64,000 bases of DNA, from NCBI GenBank assembly GCA_022791835.1, contig JAAVZW010000026.1, positions 14,638 to 78,637 on the forward strand, read 5' to 3'. The position numbers and the translations under genes are program-made. The notes beneath the pieces are model-generated. The model had not been told where the DNA came from. It made no database searches and saw only the letters and a list, made by a program, of their open reading frames with translations. The DNA comes from Clostridia bacterium. Its GTDB lineage: Bacteria > Bacillota > Clostridia > TANB77 > CAG-508. Positions 47,690 through 60,125 of this stretch are shown one piece after another; positions within the stretch are counted from its first letter, which is position 1; every line of letters begins with the position of its first letter.

Positions 47690-48196
47690 ATGAAAAACAC
47701 ACAGATTCGGATTCTCAAGAACCTGGTGATGCTGATTATCTGCATGACATGCATCATTGGCACAACATCTTTCACAATGCAGGCTGGTATGTTTGTGATT
47801 CGGCACAGTGCAGTCATAAGTGCGGAAACAAACGGAAAAACTCCTACCAACACAGCGAACGGTCCACAGACTTGGTTGCCCAGCGAAGTCGAACTTTATA
47901 ATAAGGCAACAGAAGCAAGAGAAGAACTCGTCAAAAGTAGTGACATTGCAAAGTTCTGCTTTGACTGTGGCGGAACAGCTACTGGAAGAATCGTAAGACT
48001 AATTGTCTGTTTGGTTATAATCCTTTTGGATTTAGTCGCTGTACGACAGGCATATGTTGAAGGAAAATGCATTTTTACCGGGATTCGCAGAATTATTAGA
48101 GCGAAAACTAGGAATTTGAAGAAAATGAATCATAGCGAAGAAACAAATTCCAAAAACACGGACGACACTGTCCAATATGCAGAATGCAAAGCATAA
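47690..48196 (+). CDS. Hypothetical secreted/membrane protein of foreign origin (GC-richer; uses CGG as an ordinary Arg codon)
   Basis: Its codon usage is distinct (ctg, cgg, acg, ggc). It has in-frame CGG Arg codons (QIRIL, VIRHS). A hairpin follows the gene. Confidence 0.5.
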   Translation: MKNTQIRILKNLVMLIICMTCIIGTTSFTMQAGMFVIRHSAVISAETNGKTPTNTANGPQTWLPSEVELYNKATEAREELVKSSDIAKFCFDCGGTATGRIVRLIVCLVIILLDLVAVRQAYVEGKCIFTGIRRIIRAKTRNLKKMNHSEETNSKNTDDTVQYAECKA

Positions 48197-48204
48197 AATT
48201 GTAT

Positions 48205-48236
48205 AGCCCCCAGAGTATAAATAAACTCTGAGGGCT
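48205..48236 (+). terminator. Terminator-like hairpin after the foreign gene
   Basis: The hairpin is agcccccagagt-ataaataa-actctgagggct with one mismatch and a weak U-tract. Confidence 0.4.
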
Positions 48237-48297
48237 GTGCTTATATAGATATAAATTAAACATTAAATACAAACCTAAAAACATTTTGCTAAAACTA

Positions 48298-48326
48298 TTG
48301 ACACTAAAGGATTTTAAAGATATAAT
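48298..48326 (+). promoter_or_regulatory. Sigma-A-type promoter of sigH (TTGACA-17-TATAAT)
   Basis: TTGACA is at 48298..48303 and TATAAT at 48321..48326. An AGGAGG RBS sits 7 nt before the ATG at 48358. Confidence 0.6.
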
Positions 48327-48357
48327 AGAATACAAGGAATTATGCAGGAGGAAACGA

Positions 48358-49014
48358 ATGGAAGAAGCTACAAAGTTTTTTCAAATTAGTCAAAACTTTA
48401 ATGATATGACAGATGAACAGATTGCTGAATTTGCTAGAGATAATAGTAAAGAAGCATTAGACTTTTTATTAGACAAGTACAAAGAACTTGTCTATATGAA
48501 ATCAAGTAAATATTTTATTATTGGTGCAGAAAAGGACGACATTTTTCAAGAAGGAATGATAGGTCTTTATAAAGCCATACAAGACTTTAGAGGAGACAAG
48601 CAAAATTCTTTTAAATCATTTGCAAATATGTGTATAGAAAGACAACTAATTACAGCAATCAAAACTTCAAATAGGCAAAAACATATGCCACTTAACTCAT
48701 ATCTGTCATTAAACACGTCTTCATATGAGGACGACGACGAAAATGAAAAAGTTTTACTAGATGTACTAAACAACAAAATGGCAGAAGACCCATTAGATAC
48801 ACTCACAAAAAAGGAATACTATTCTAGTGTAGAAAATGCAATAGATAAATCTTTAAGCGGTTTTGAAAAACAAGTATTAAGAAAATTTATAAAAGGTGAT
48901 AGTTACATAAAAATTGCAGAAGAATTAGAAGCACCAGTAAAATCAGTAGATAATGCAATTCAAAGAATAAGAAAAAAAGCCTTAAAAAGTATAGTAAATA
49001 ATGAAGAAATCTAG
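48358..49014 (+). CDS. sigH: RNA polymerase sporulation sigma factor SigH (Spo0H)
   Basis: It has sigma-70 regions 2 and 4 (IAEELE... HTH) and a SigH-type N-terminus. Confidence 0.85.
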   Translation: MEEATKFFQISQNFNDMTDEQIAEFARDNSKEALDFLLDKYKELVYMKSSKYFIIGAEKDDIFQEGMIGLYKAIQDFRGDKQNSFKSFANMCIERQLITAIKTSNRQKHMPLNSYLSLNTSSYEDDDENEKVLLDVLNNKMAEDPLDTLTKKEYYSSVENAIDKSLSGFEKQVLRKFIKGDSYIKIAEELEAPVKSVDNAIQRIRKKALKSIVNNEEI

Positions 49015-49042
49015 TCTAGCCATAATGCTAGACTACATAAAT

Positions 49043-49118
<76 letters not shown>

Positions 49119-49171
49119 TTAAGTAAAATTGTTGCACCAGACGAAAGTATTGAAAAATCAACTGTAAATGA

Positions 49172-49226
49172 AGTGAATCCAAATTGTTAGACAAAAAAGT
49201 TTAATGAGGAGGGTTCATTTTTAATG
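49172..49226 (+). repeat. Conserved ~55-nt element (copy 2), followed by a mini-ORF MSKYSKELKLGFNVNSLG*
   Basis: It matches 20051..20104 and lies 54 nt downstream of tRNA-Thr. Confidence 0.6.
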
Positions 49227-49810
49227 AGTAAATATTCAAAAGAATTAAAATTAGGGTTTAATGTCAATAGTTTAGGGTAGAGGATTATAGAACTAATAGA
49301 GAAATTGTTAAAAAGCAAGAACATATTTTTGCAAAAATTAATGTATTCGCCTATTTTTTAGCAAAATATGTAGTATATTATTTAACATAGGGAATGGAAA
49401 TAAAGCAGATGTGAGTGTTGCCACTTTACAAGATAGCTTTGCTATCAGATAGTGAGGTGGTGTTTATGGTAAATTTTATACTATTCCTAATTATAGGATT
49501 TATGATTTCTACTACTGTAAACGTAGCTTTATTGACAGTTATATACATACTTTGGACTAATAAGGAATAAATAAAAAACACTACATTTTGCTTTGGACGG
49601 CTATGTAGTGTTTATCATATATTTGTGGTAACACACATTTCTGTGTTTCCCACAAAAAGTTTATGCAATGCTAGTGTATAACAGACTTGACTTTTTATGT
49701 AAATTGTTGTGTAATATTAATGGACTAAGTGCTAAATGCCTTCAGCTAAGTAGACCTCGTGTTCACTTTTAACCCTATCAACCTAGTAAAAATTTTGGAG
49801 GTAAGAAAAA

Positions 49811-50260
49811 ATGGAATTTGTGGACGTAATGAATTTGATTGACTACAGAATGCCAATTAAGCTGGAAAGCCTTTTTGGCAAAGATGCAAAGCCTTTTTCC
49901 GATGCATGCAGGAAGGTCATGCATGACTGGCTTTATCCGTATGATGGTTGCTATTCTGCGAATCATCCGTTAGCCTCTGAGCTCCGTAGGATCCTCTCTG
50001 TCCCTGAAGGAAGCAACTTCATCACTGAGTACAAAGCTTTTTTGGCAAAGTGGTATGAGGAGAATCCTGATGAGAAAGAAAAGGAAGAACGGTCGCGCAA
50101 AGAGTGGGAGGCACAGCGTGATAAGCAGTTTCGAATTATCTATGGTATCGCTAGACGTCATGGATTCTATCTTAAGTGGCATGGAAATTCCAATCCTTGC
50201 TGTGGTGACCAATGGGAAATTTACAGAAAACATGAGCGAATTGCACGAATTTGTTGCTGA
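49811..50260 (+). CDS. Hypothetical protein of foreign origin (GC ~45%, CGG used as Arg)
   Basis: Its codon usage is strikingly different (ctg, gcc, ccg, cgc). It sits in the tRNA-Thr-adjacent island. Confidence 0.5.
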   Translation: MEFVDVMNLIDYRMPIKLESLFGKDAKPFSDACRKVMHDWLYPYDGCYSANHPLASELRRILSVPEGSNFITEYKAFLAKWYEENPDEKEKEERSRKEWEAQRDKQFRIIYGIARRHGFYLKWHGNSNPCCGDQWEIYRKHERIARICC

Positions 50261-50580
50261 AATTTTCTCTAGATTCCATGCAAAACCTCTCTCTAATAGG
50301 GAGAGGTTTTGCAGTTATAAAGTTAGCTAAGAAACAATGTAGGCAAAATAAAAAATGTCTATATTATTTTTTATGCTTTTCTTGAAACTATTTTCTTTTC
50401 GCTTGTTGCATTGCTACTCTTAAAAAATAGTAATCTTAATTTGTTAAAGATTTTATAAAAAATATTATCCTTATACTTTGAGGCAATTTTTCATATATAT
50501 TTTTATCCTATTTATCTAGCATCTTGAGATTTTTCTCTAACTTCTGCCAATTCTTTACGTAGTTTTTATCCCTCTGCTCG

Positions 50581-50622
50581 TATTATCTTCTACATCAATT
50601 ACACGCTACGTGCGTACTTTCC
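50581..50622 (-). repeat. Intergenic repeat family copy R3 (inverted orientation)
   Basis: Its reverse complement ggaaagtacgcacgtagcgtgtaattgatgtagaagataata aligns to R1 and R2. Confidence 0.65.
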
Positions 50623-50720
50623 TAGAATATTAAAATATTATAACATGTAATTGTTCAAAATTCTATACATTTAAAAAATTATGTGATATACTATTTACAA
50701 TAATAAAAGGAGGAAACATC

Positions 50721-51471
50721 ATGGAAGAGAACTGTCAAGTTGAAGGTAGGAATGCAGTGATTGAACTGCTTGAGAGTGGAAAAGATATAAATAAAATATT
50801 TGTACAATCAGGAGAAAAGCATGGTAGTATTACTAAAATCATTACAAAAGCAAAACAGATGGGAGTTGTTGTAGTAGAGACAGGAAAGAGAAAACTAGAT
50901 GAAATGTCAGAAGTACGGTAGACATCAAGGAGTAATTGCAATTGTGCCTCCATATGAATATGCAGAAGTAGAAGATATATTAGACGAAGCAAAATGTAGA
51001 AAAGAAGAACCATTTATTCTAATACTAGATGGAATAGAAGATGTACACAATCTAGGTTCGATAATTAGAACAGCAGAAACAGCAGGAGTACATGGAATAA
51101 TAATTCCAAAGAGGAGAGCAGCATCTGTAAATAGTACAGTAAGTAAAACTTCAGCAGGTGCAGTAGAGTATATGAAAATTGCAAGAGTAAATAATATAAA
51201 TGAAACAATAAGAAATTTAAAAGAACAAGGAATATGGATATGTGGTACAGACATGGATACAAAAGTAGAGTACACCTCACAAGACTATAATATGCCTCTT
51301 GCACTTGTAATTGGCAGTGAAGGAAGCGGAATGAGTAGACTTACCAAAGAAAATTGTGATTTTATCGTAAAAATACCAATGAAAGGAAAAATAAATTCAT
51401 TAAATGCATCAGTATCAGCAGGAATAGTTATGTATGAAGTCCTCAGAAACAGAAAGCTATTGCAAAAATAA
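50721..51471 (+). CDS. rlmB: 23S rRNA (guanosine-2'-O)-methyltransferase RlmB (TrmH family). Needs skipping the extra C at 50916
   Basis: It has SpoU motifs (NLGSIIRTAE, LVIGSEGSGMS). The repair gives ...EMSEVGRHQGVIAIVPP... Confidence 0.8.
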
Positions 51472-51505
51472 GTAAAAAAATATATAATACAAGTGGTGAT
51501 TAATA

Positions 51506-52513
51506 TTGGAAGAGAGCAATATAATAAGTCCAGAATTGGAACGGAATAGAAGAAGAGAGAATTGAAAAAACTTTAAGACCAAAGACACTAGACGAATATA
51601 TAGGACAAACAAAGGTAAAAGAGAACATGAAAATATATATAGAGGCTGCCAAGAAAAGAGGTGAGCCTCTTGACCATGTTTTACTATATGGTCCACCAGG
51701 ACTTGGAAAGACAACACTTTCAAATATAATATCAAATGAAATGAATTCAAATATAAAAATAACTTCAGGACCAGCAATAGAAAAACCAGGAGATTTAGCA
51801 GCATTACTAACAAACCTATCAGAATTCGATGTCTTATTTATAGATGAAATACATAGATTAAACAAAAGCGTAGAAGAAATTCTATACCCAGCACTAGAAG
51901 ATTACACACTAGACATCATAATACGGAAAAGGACCAAGTGCTAGATCAATTAGACTAGACTTACCAAAATTTACACTAATAGGAGCAACTACTAGAGCAG
52001 GATCGCTTCAAGCACCACTAAGGGATAGATTTGGGATAACAGCAAGATTAGAACTTTATAATGCAAAAGAACTAACAGAAATAGTAAAAAGGTCAGCAAA
52101 AATTTTAGAAATACAAATAAATGACCTAGCAGCAGAAGAAATAGCTAAAAGGTCGAGAGGAACACCTAGAATAGCAAATAGAATTTTAAAAAGAGTAAGA
52201 GACTATGCAGCAGTATTAGGAAATGGTGATATAACCTTAGAGGTTGCTAAAATTGCATTAAATAAGCTAGAAATAGACGAATTAGGACTTGATGAAACAG
52301 ATAGAAAAGTTTTAAAAACAATGATAGAAAAGTACAAACGGAGGACCAGTGGGATTAGAAACAATCTCAGCTACAATAGGAGAAGAAACAGAAACAATAG
52401 AAGATGTATACGAACCATATCTAATACAAATAGGTTTCATGTCGAGAACTTTAAGAGGAAGGATTGTTTTGCCAGATGCATATAAGCATTTAGGATATAC
52501 ATATGGAGATTAA
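51506..52513 (+). CDS. ruvB: Holliday junction DNA helicase RuvB. Needs skipping extra Cs at 51542, 51924 and 52339
   Basis: It has the [10 protein letters not shown] Walker A motif. The repairs give ...[27 protein letters not shown]..., ...[30 protein letters not shown]... and ...[20 protein letters not shown]...[10 protein letters not shown]... Confidence 0.85.
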
Positions 52514-52514
52514 A

Positions 52515-54044
52515 ATGAAAAATAAACCATTAATGAAAAGCATATTATTGTATTTAGGCTTAGCACTTATGGTAAGTGGATTTATATTCTCGCAAAATAT
52601 TAATAGCTTAGACGAAATATGGATATACAACTTTGCAAGATGTATAGCAGATGGGCTACTACCATACAAAGACATAAGCATGATAATTTCACCACTATTT
52701 CCAATGATTTGTGCAGTATTTTTAATGATATTTGGAAATGAAATGATAGTATTAAGAGTAGTAGAAATATTTGCAACAGCTGGTATTTTATTTTTATTAT
52801 ATAGAATAATGAAAAATCTAAGTATACATAAAGGGATAGCCTTGATTTTGGCAATGCGGAATATACTTTATGCATTTAGACTTATTTTGTTTAGACTACA
52901 ACTGGATAATTCTAATGATACAGCTAGGTCTATTGTACTATGAACTAAAAAATAAAGAGGACAAATTACAATATAGTCCTAAGAAAGAAATGGCATTAGG
53001 GCTAATTGCACGGAAGTACAATACTACTGAAACAAACATCAGGTATAATTTTTGCAGTGGTATTCGCTTTATATAAAATTTTACAAGTTTCAAATAAAGA
53101 AGAACTAAAAGAATATGCAAAAATAGCAATAACTAGACTAATAGGAAGCATAATAATAGGCTTTTGTTTTATATTATACTTATTAATAACAGGCACAATG
53201 GTGGACTTCATAGATTATGCAATATTAGGAATAAAAACATTTTCAAATAAAGTAAAATATATTTCATTATTCCAAGCAACATCTGATTGGATAAAAGCTC
53301 TAGCAGTAATATTTCCAATTCAAATATTTGTGATGTCAATTATATGTATAATTTCATATATTAAAAAAAATCTCAGACAAAAGGAATGGGTCAAAAACAT
53401 TATCATACTTCTAGCATATTCTGTGCGGAACATCAGTAGTAATGTTCCCAATTGCAGATAAGGTACACTTCGTAATTGGCTCAATGTGTGCAACCATTGC
53501 ATTTATATATCTAACATATAAAATATTTATGCTAACTGTAAAAAAAGAAACAAAAATGAAACAGATAATAAGAATATACTTTGAAGTAGTAGCAAAAATA
53601 CTCCTAATAGTAGGAGGAATATATTCAATTTATTTGACAATAGGATACATAGAAAACCCAGAAAGACGTACAGATATAGCACATTTTAAGAATCTGATAA
53701 TAGACGAAGAAATATATGAAAGAATACAAGAACTGTCAAGTTATATAAAAGAGCAATCAGAAAATGGAAAGAAAGTTTATGTGTTAGATGCAACAGCAGC
53801 AACATACCAAATACCAGCGGAAAAATATAATAAAAATTATGACATGTTTAATAGAGGTAATTTAGGTGGAAAGGGACAAAATGGAATATTAGCAGACATA
53901 GAAAATACAGATAACCTTTTGTTACTGATAAGAAAAGATACTTATAAGAAAAATTGGCAACATCCATTTGCATTGACAGATTATATAGTAGAAAATTATA
54001 AGAAAATAGGGGAAATAAACATATTTGACATATATGAAAAATAA
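52515..54044 (+). CDS. Polytopic membrane protein with a C-terminal soluble domain, a putative glycosyltransferase (ArnT/PMT-like). Needs skipping extra Cs at 52857, 53011 and 53426
   Basis: Four ORFs fuse into a ~510-aa protein. The repairs are ...LAMGIYFM..., ...LIAGSTILLKQ... and ...AYSVGTSVVMFPIADK... The family assignment is weak. Confidence 0.5.
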
Positions 54045-54062
54045 ACAGAAGGGAGAGAGTGA

Positions 54063-55392
54063 ATGAAGAAATTATTAAAATACATAGCAGTATTCATAGG
54101 CCTAATAATAATATACATATTGTTATTAGCACTTATATCTCTAATTCCAACTCAAGCAATCAAAACAAATGTAGAAAAATCAGCAGAAGAATTATTGCCA
54201 CTTGGAGAAAAAACTCATCTAGAATATCTAGGAAAAACAGTAACACTCTTCAATTTCACAGATGCCCTAATGATAAACACAGCATATTCGATAGAACCAG
54301 ATAAACCTTTATACACAGCAATGATAGCAAGGAGAAACTATATCCCACGGAATAACAACTAAAACATATACTGACACAAAGCCAGAAGGCATAGAACCAG
54401 AGGGAAATGCAGCACCTTATAATGGAGAAATGTATCAAACACAAGAACTATCAAACTTAGTAAATGGAGTAGACCAAGAATCCATAGAATATGCAAGATA
54501 TTGGCATGGTTACTTAGTATTCTTGAGACCATTTTTGTTATTATTTGATTATAGCACAATGCAAATTCTAAGTGCCATAATCTTCGGAATATTGACAGTA
54601 ATAATGTGCTATTTAATATATAGAAAAATAAACATATTTGTAGCAATTGCATTTATCATGAGTCTATTTACAGCGGATGTATTTACGGCAGGAGTTTCAC
54701 TAAATGCCATAACACCATTCTATATAGCAGTGATTGCATCAATAGTATTATTATGGAGATTTAATAAAATAAAAGATAAATTTATGATATTTTTTATAAT
54801 AGGTTCAGTTACTGCTTACTTAGATTTACTTACAACGCCACTAGTTACACTAGGAATACCAATAACACTATACTTTTTACTAAGTCAAAAACAACAAGAA
54901 ATGAGTACAAAAGAAATAATAATCAAATTAATTAAAATATCATTAGCATGGGGACTTGGATATGCCTTAACAACAACAATAAAATGGTTTATAGTGGATG
55001 TATTATATGGAAGAGAAGTAGTTATAAATTCAATACAAGAATTCTTTTATAGAACAGGAAACACCTTAGAAGAATCTAAATTTGTAATGATAGGAGCAAC
55101 ATTAATTAAGAACTTCAAGCTAATGGGGAAATCAACACTATACATAATGCTTATAAGCATATCAATATTACTAGTATTATTAACAAAATTTCAAACAAAA
55201 GAAGCAAGGAAAACAAAATTGTGGATATATGGAATAATAGCACTTATGCCACTTTTATGGTATACAGTACTCTTAAACCATTCAGTAGTACATGCATTTT
55301 TTACTTATAGGAATATAATATTAATAATATTTAATATACAAATACTTGCAATATTGTATGTACAAAACCTTATAGCCAAAAAAGGAGAATGA
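54063..55392 (+). CDS. Polytopic membrane protein (hypothetical). Needs skipping the extra C at 54348
   Basis: The repair gives ...NYIPGITTKTYTDTKPEGIEPEGNAAPYNGEMYQTQ..., fusing the 99-aa and 320-aa ORFs. Confidence 0.5.
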
Positions 55393-55393
55393 A

Positions 55394-55966
55394 ATGAAAC
55401 TATTACTGCACACATGTTGCGCGCCATGTAGCGTATACTGTATAGATAATTTAAGAAAAGAAGGAATAGAGCCAACTATATATTGGTACAATCCAAACAT
55501 TCACCCATACACAGAATATAAAGCAAGAAGAGATACATTAAAAGAATATACAGAAATGATAGAAATAAAAGCGATATTTGAAGAAGAATATGGCTTAAAA
55601 GAATTTTGCAAAAGTGTCATAGGAAATTTAGAAACAAGATGTGAAGATTATTGCTATAAAGTACGTTTAGAGCAAACAGCAAAGCATGCAAAAGAACATA
55701 GATATGACACAATAAGCACAACTTTGCTAATAAGCCCATATCAAAAGCACGAAATTCTAAAAAAGCAAGGAGAAGAAATTGCAAAAAAGTATGGTTTAAA
55801 CTTCTTATATAAAGACTTCCGAATAGGCTTCAGAGAAGGACAAACAAAAGCAAGAGAACTAGGATTATATATGCAAAAATACTGTGGTTGTGTATTTTCA
55901 GAAGAAGATAGATATTATGACCGTATTTTGAAAGATAAGGAGAAATATTGTAATATAAATCAATAA
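55394..55966 (+). CDS. queH: Epoxyqueuosine reductase QueH (DUF208)
   Basis: It has the LLLHTCCAPCS N-terminal motif and conserved Cys pairs. Confidence 0.8.
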   Translation: MKLLLHTCCAPCSVYCIDNLRKEGIEPTIYWYNPNIHPYTEYKARRDTLKEYTEMIEIKAIFEEEYGLKEFCKSVIGNLETRCEDYCYKVRLEQTAKHAKEHRYDTISTTLLISPYQKHEILKKQGEEIAKKYGLNFLYKDFRIGFREGQTKARELGLYMQKYCGCVFSEEDRYYDRILKDKEKYCNINQ

Positions 55967-56121
55967 TTATAAAACAAGATGCATTATACAGTTCGTGGAA
56001 ATACATATTGAAAGAAATTACAAATATAGTTGAAGAAAATAACGATAAATAATTTTGCAGTTTTAATGGTTTATAGCAGAAGAAGATAGATATTTCGAAA
56101 AAAATTAGGAGGTAAGGGAAT

Positions 56122-58843
56122 ATGGCAAGATTAGTGTTGATAGATGGGAATAGCATATTAAATAGAGCATTTTATGGAATAATGGGAAGTAATATGTTAC
56201 AAACAGAAGATGGAACATATACAAACGCAGTATATGGATTTTTAGCAATAATGTTCAAGATTTTAGATAGTTTAAATCCAGAATACATGGCAGTTGCATT
56301 TGATATGAGAGCACCTACATTTAGACATAAAATGTATAGCGAATACAAAGGTACAAGAAAAGGAATGCCAGATGAACTTGCAGCCCAAATGCCACTTATA
56401 AAAGAAGTATTAAATGCAATGAATATCAAAATAATAGAAAAGGAAGGCTATGAGGCAGATGATATACTAGGAACACTTGGAAAAATGGCTAGTAGAAAAG
56501 GATTAGATGTAACAATTTTATCAGGAGATAGAGATACCTTCCAGCTTGCAACAGACAAAATAACAATAAGAATACCAAGAACTAAAAACGGCAAAACAGA
56601 AGAAGATGACTATAACAAAGAAAGAATAAAAGAAGAATATGGAGTAGAACCAAAATCTCTAATAGAAGTAAAAGGACTTATGGGAGATAAATCAGATAAT
56701 ATTCCACGGAATAGCAGGAATAGGTGAAAAGACAGCACTAAACATAATAAAGAAATATAAAACAATAGATAATCTATATAAAGCCATAGAAGCACGGACA
56801 AGCAGAAGAGATAAAGGGCAAACTAAGAGAAAAAATAATAACAGGAAAAGAAGATGCTATTATGTCAAAAGAACTTCGGTACAATAAATACTAAAAGTCC
56901 AATAGAAGAGAGTATAGAAGAACTAAAAAGAAACGAATGGGATAATGACAAAGTCTTAGAAATATTCACAAGATTAAGATTTAACAAATATATAGATAGA
57001 TTTTCTCTAAGAAGTGAAGAAAAAGAAGTCAATCCATTAGAAGAAATCGAAATAATAGAAGACTTAAATGAAAAGCATATAATAGAATTAACAAATAAAA
57101 TAGAGAAAGAAAAACAAATAATATATTACCTAAATGTGAAAGAAAATACCGACGAAGAAAAAATTATAAAAAAAGATATATATAGTATTAGCATAATAAT
57201 AGAAAACAAAGTATATTATATAGCTAATGAGCGAACAATAAAAAATAATCTTCAAAAAATATTTGAGAATTCAGAAATAAAGAAAATAAGTTATAAACTA
57301 AAACAAGACTATATATTGCTAAAACAAATGGATATAAGCCTAAAAGGTTTCAGCTATGATATAGAAATAGCAGGATATATAATAGATTCTATAAAAAATA
57401 AATATGATATAGAAACATTAAGTATAAGATACTTAAACATAGAACTGCAAAGATACCTAAAAACAAAAGCACCAAAGGAGGAAGAACAATTAACTCTGTT
57501 CAGTATGACAGAAGGAAGCCAAGATGAAGAAGATGAAAGTGAAAAAATAAAAGCTTGCTTATATATTTATGCAATAAAAAAACTATATGAAGTAACTAAA
57601 AAAATGATAGAAGATCAAGGAAACTTAGAACTATTCCAAAGAATAGAAATGCCAACAGCAGAAGTTCTAGCAAAGATGCAGTACACAGGAATAGGAATAG
57701 ATAAAGAAGAACTTATAGAATATGGTAGAAAAATAAAAGCAGAAATAGAAGAAAAAACTAATAAAATATATCAATTATGTGATCAAGAATTTAATATAAA
57801 CTCTACAAAGCAATTAGGAAAAGTCCTATTCGAGGATTTGAAATTACCAGTACAAAAAAAGAAAAAGAGTGGATATTCAACAGATGTAGAAGTATTAGAA
57901 AAACTAAGAGAAGAACATCCAGTAATACAAGAACTATTAGATTATAGACAACTGTGTAAATTAAATTCAACATATGTAGAAGGAATGTTACCATACATAA
58001 ATAAGAATACAGAAAGAATACATTCATATTTCCACCAAACAGTAACAGCAACAGGAAGAATAAGCAGTGCAGAACCAAATCTGCAAAACATTCCAACAAG
58101 ATTTGAACTTGGAAAAAACCTAAGAAAAGTATTTAAACCACGACCACGGTTATATCTTTATAGACGCAGACTATTCGCAAATTGAATTAAGAGTATTTGC
58201 GCACATAGCAAATGACAAACACATGATAGAAGCTTTTCAAAAAGGAGTAGATATACACAGAGATGTCGCATCTAAGGTATTTGATAAAAAATTAGAAGAA
58301 GTAACAAGTGAAGAAAGAACAAAGGCAAAAGCAGTAAACTTTGGTATAGTATATGGAATAAGTGATTTTGGTCTAGGAGAACAACTACATATGCCTAGAA
58401 AAGAAGCAAAAGCTTATATAGAAGGATATCTTGAAAAGTATAGTGGTATTAAAGAATATATGACTAAAATAGAAGAAGAAGCAAAGGAAAAAGGTTATGT
58501 AGCCACAATATTTGGAAGAAGAAGAAATATACCTGAGCTGAAGTCTCAAAATTTTATGGTAAGGCAGTTTGGAGCAAGGGCAGCATTAAATATGCCAATA
58601 CAAGGAACTGCGGCTGATATAATGAAACTTGCTATGATAGAGGTGAATAAGCAAATAGAGACGAGAAACTTGAAGTCTAGATTAGTCTTACAAGTGCATG
58701 ATGAACTTCTATTAGAGGTTCCAGAAGCGGAAAAAGAGGAAGCTATTGAACTATTAAGAAATTCTATGGAGAATATAGTAGAACTATCAGTACCTTTAAT
58801 AGCAGAGGTAACTAGTGCAGATAGTTGGTATGGATGTAAATAA
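56122..58843 (+). CDS. polA: DNA polymerase I. Needs skipping extra Cs at 56707, 56795, 56877 and 58147
   Basis: The 5'-3' exonuclease N-terminus is present. The repairs give ...DNIPGIAGIGEKTALNIIKKY..., ...IEAGQAEEIKGKLREKIITGKEDAIMSKELGTINTKSPIEE... and ...KPRPGYIFIDADYSQIELRVFAHIA... (polymerase motif A), plus motifs B and C. Confidence 0.9.
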
Positions 58844-58875
58844 GTGCTAAAGAAAAACTAAAAGGAGCTTGAAAT

Positions 58876-59435
58876 TTGAAGAAAAAACTAATTATCATTT
58901 TAATCATAATAATTGCTATGATAGTATTGTTCCAAGTATTTAGTGTATATCATATAATTCTTAAGGCATATTATCCAGATATGTATTCAGAAGAGGTAGA
59001 AAAGTTTTCAGAAAAGTATGGTATAGAGAAACATTGGATATATGCTTTAATAAAGGCTGAGAGCAATTTTAAGAAAGATAGTGTCTCTCGGAAGCGGAGC
59101 TGTTGGTTTAATGCAACTTATGGAGAACACAGCTTTAGAAGTTTCAAACGAGATTCGGAATTGATGATATGAATTTGAATGATGCTGAAACTAATATTGA
59201 GATTGGAACGAATTATTTTGTAAAGTTGTTAAAATATTATGATGGAAATTACTATTTGGCGATTACAGCATATAATGCAGGAATAGGAACAGTATCTAGA
59301 TGGATAAAGGAAAAAACAATAAAGCCAGACGGCTCTGATATAGAGAATATTCCGTATAAAGAGACAAATAATTATGTGAGAAAGATACTAAAAAATTATA
59401 AGATATATAAAGAACTATATGGAGATGAAAAATAA
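58876..59435 (+). CDS. Lytic transglycosylase (SLT domain). Needs skipping extra Cs at 59095 (or 59089) and 59156
   Basis: It has a signal/TM N-terminus. The repair gives ...ESNFKKDSVSRKGAVGLMQLMENTALEVSNEIGIDDMNLND... and the AYNAG motif. The first site is ambiguous between 59089 and 59095. Confidence 0.8.
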
Positions 59436-60004
59436 TGAATATTGAAGAAATTAAAGAGAATTTAAGTAAAAGATTAAGCGAAAAACGTTATACGCATTCA
59501 TTAGGCACAATGAATGCTGCAAAAGAATTAGCTAGTATCTATGGAGAAAATGTGGAAGAAGCAGAAATAGCAGGATTAATACATGATGTAGCGAAAGAGC
59601 TAAGAAAAGATGAAATAGAAGAATACCTTGAGAGATACAACATAAAACCAGATGAAATCGAGCAAATACAAATTGGTCTACTTCATGCAAAACTAGGAGC
59701 AGTTATAGCAAGAGATGAATTTAATTTAAGCAGAGAAATTCAAAAAGCCATAGAATATCATACAACAGGAAACAAAAATATGGATAATTTTGCAAAAATA
59801 ATCTACTTAGCAGATAAAATAGAAGAAAACAGAAATTATGATAATGTAGAAGAGTTTAGAATATTAGCAAAACAGAGTTTAGATGAAGCAATGTTAGCTT
59901 TTTTAGATTTTACTATACAAAAAACAATAAAAAAAGGGCATCTAATTCATCCAGACACAGTAGATTTGAGAAATTTTCTTTTAAATCACTTGACAAATGT
60001 ATAA
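59435..60004 (+). CDS. yqeK: HD-domain bis(5'-nucleosyl)-tetraphosphatase YqeK
   Basis: It has HD motifs (HSLGT, GLIHDVAK) and is 189 aa. Confidence 0.8.
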   Translation: MNIEEIKENLSKRLSEKRYTHSLGTMNAAKELASIYGENVEEAEIAGLIHDVAKELRKDEIEEYLERYNIKPDEIEQIQIGLLHAKLGAVIARDEFNLSREIQKAIEYHTTGNKNMDNFAKIIYLADKIEENRNYDNVEEFRILAKQSLDEAMLAFLDFTIQKTIKKGHLIHPDTVDLRNFLLNHLTNV

Positions 60005-60125
60005 ATTTGTATTAAAATATTTAAGTATTATGATAAAATATGTAAAAATAGTAGTTACTCCCCGGTAAACTGCTGGTTTTACAGTTTTATATATAGAAGA
60101 ATTAGAATGGAGGAAATTAATTGCC

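Noticed and set aside
60005-60125. An L13 ribosomal-protein leader RNA upstream of rplM.
   Set aside because: This is plausible by position, since the 120-nt leader has a ccccgg stem. But I cannot match it to the family consensus by eye, so it is not reported as a feature.
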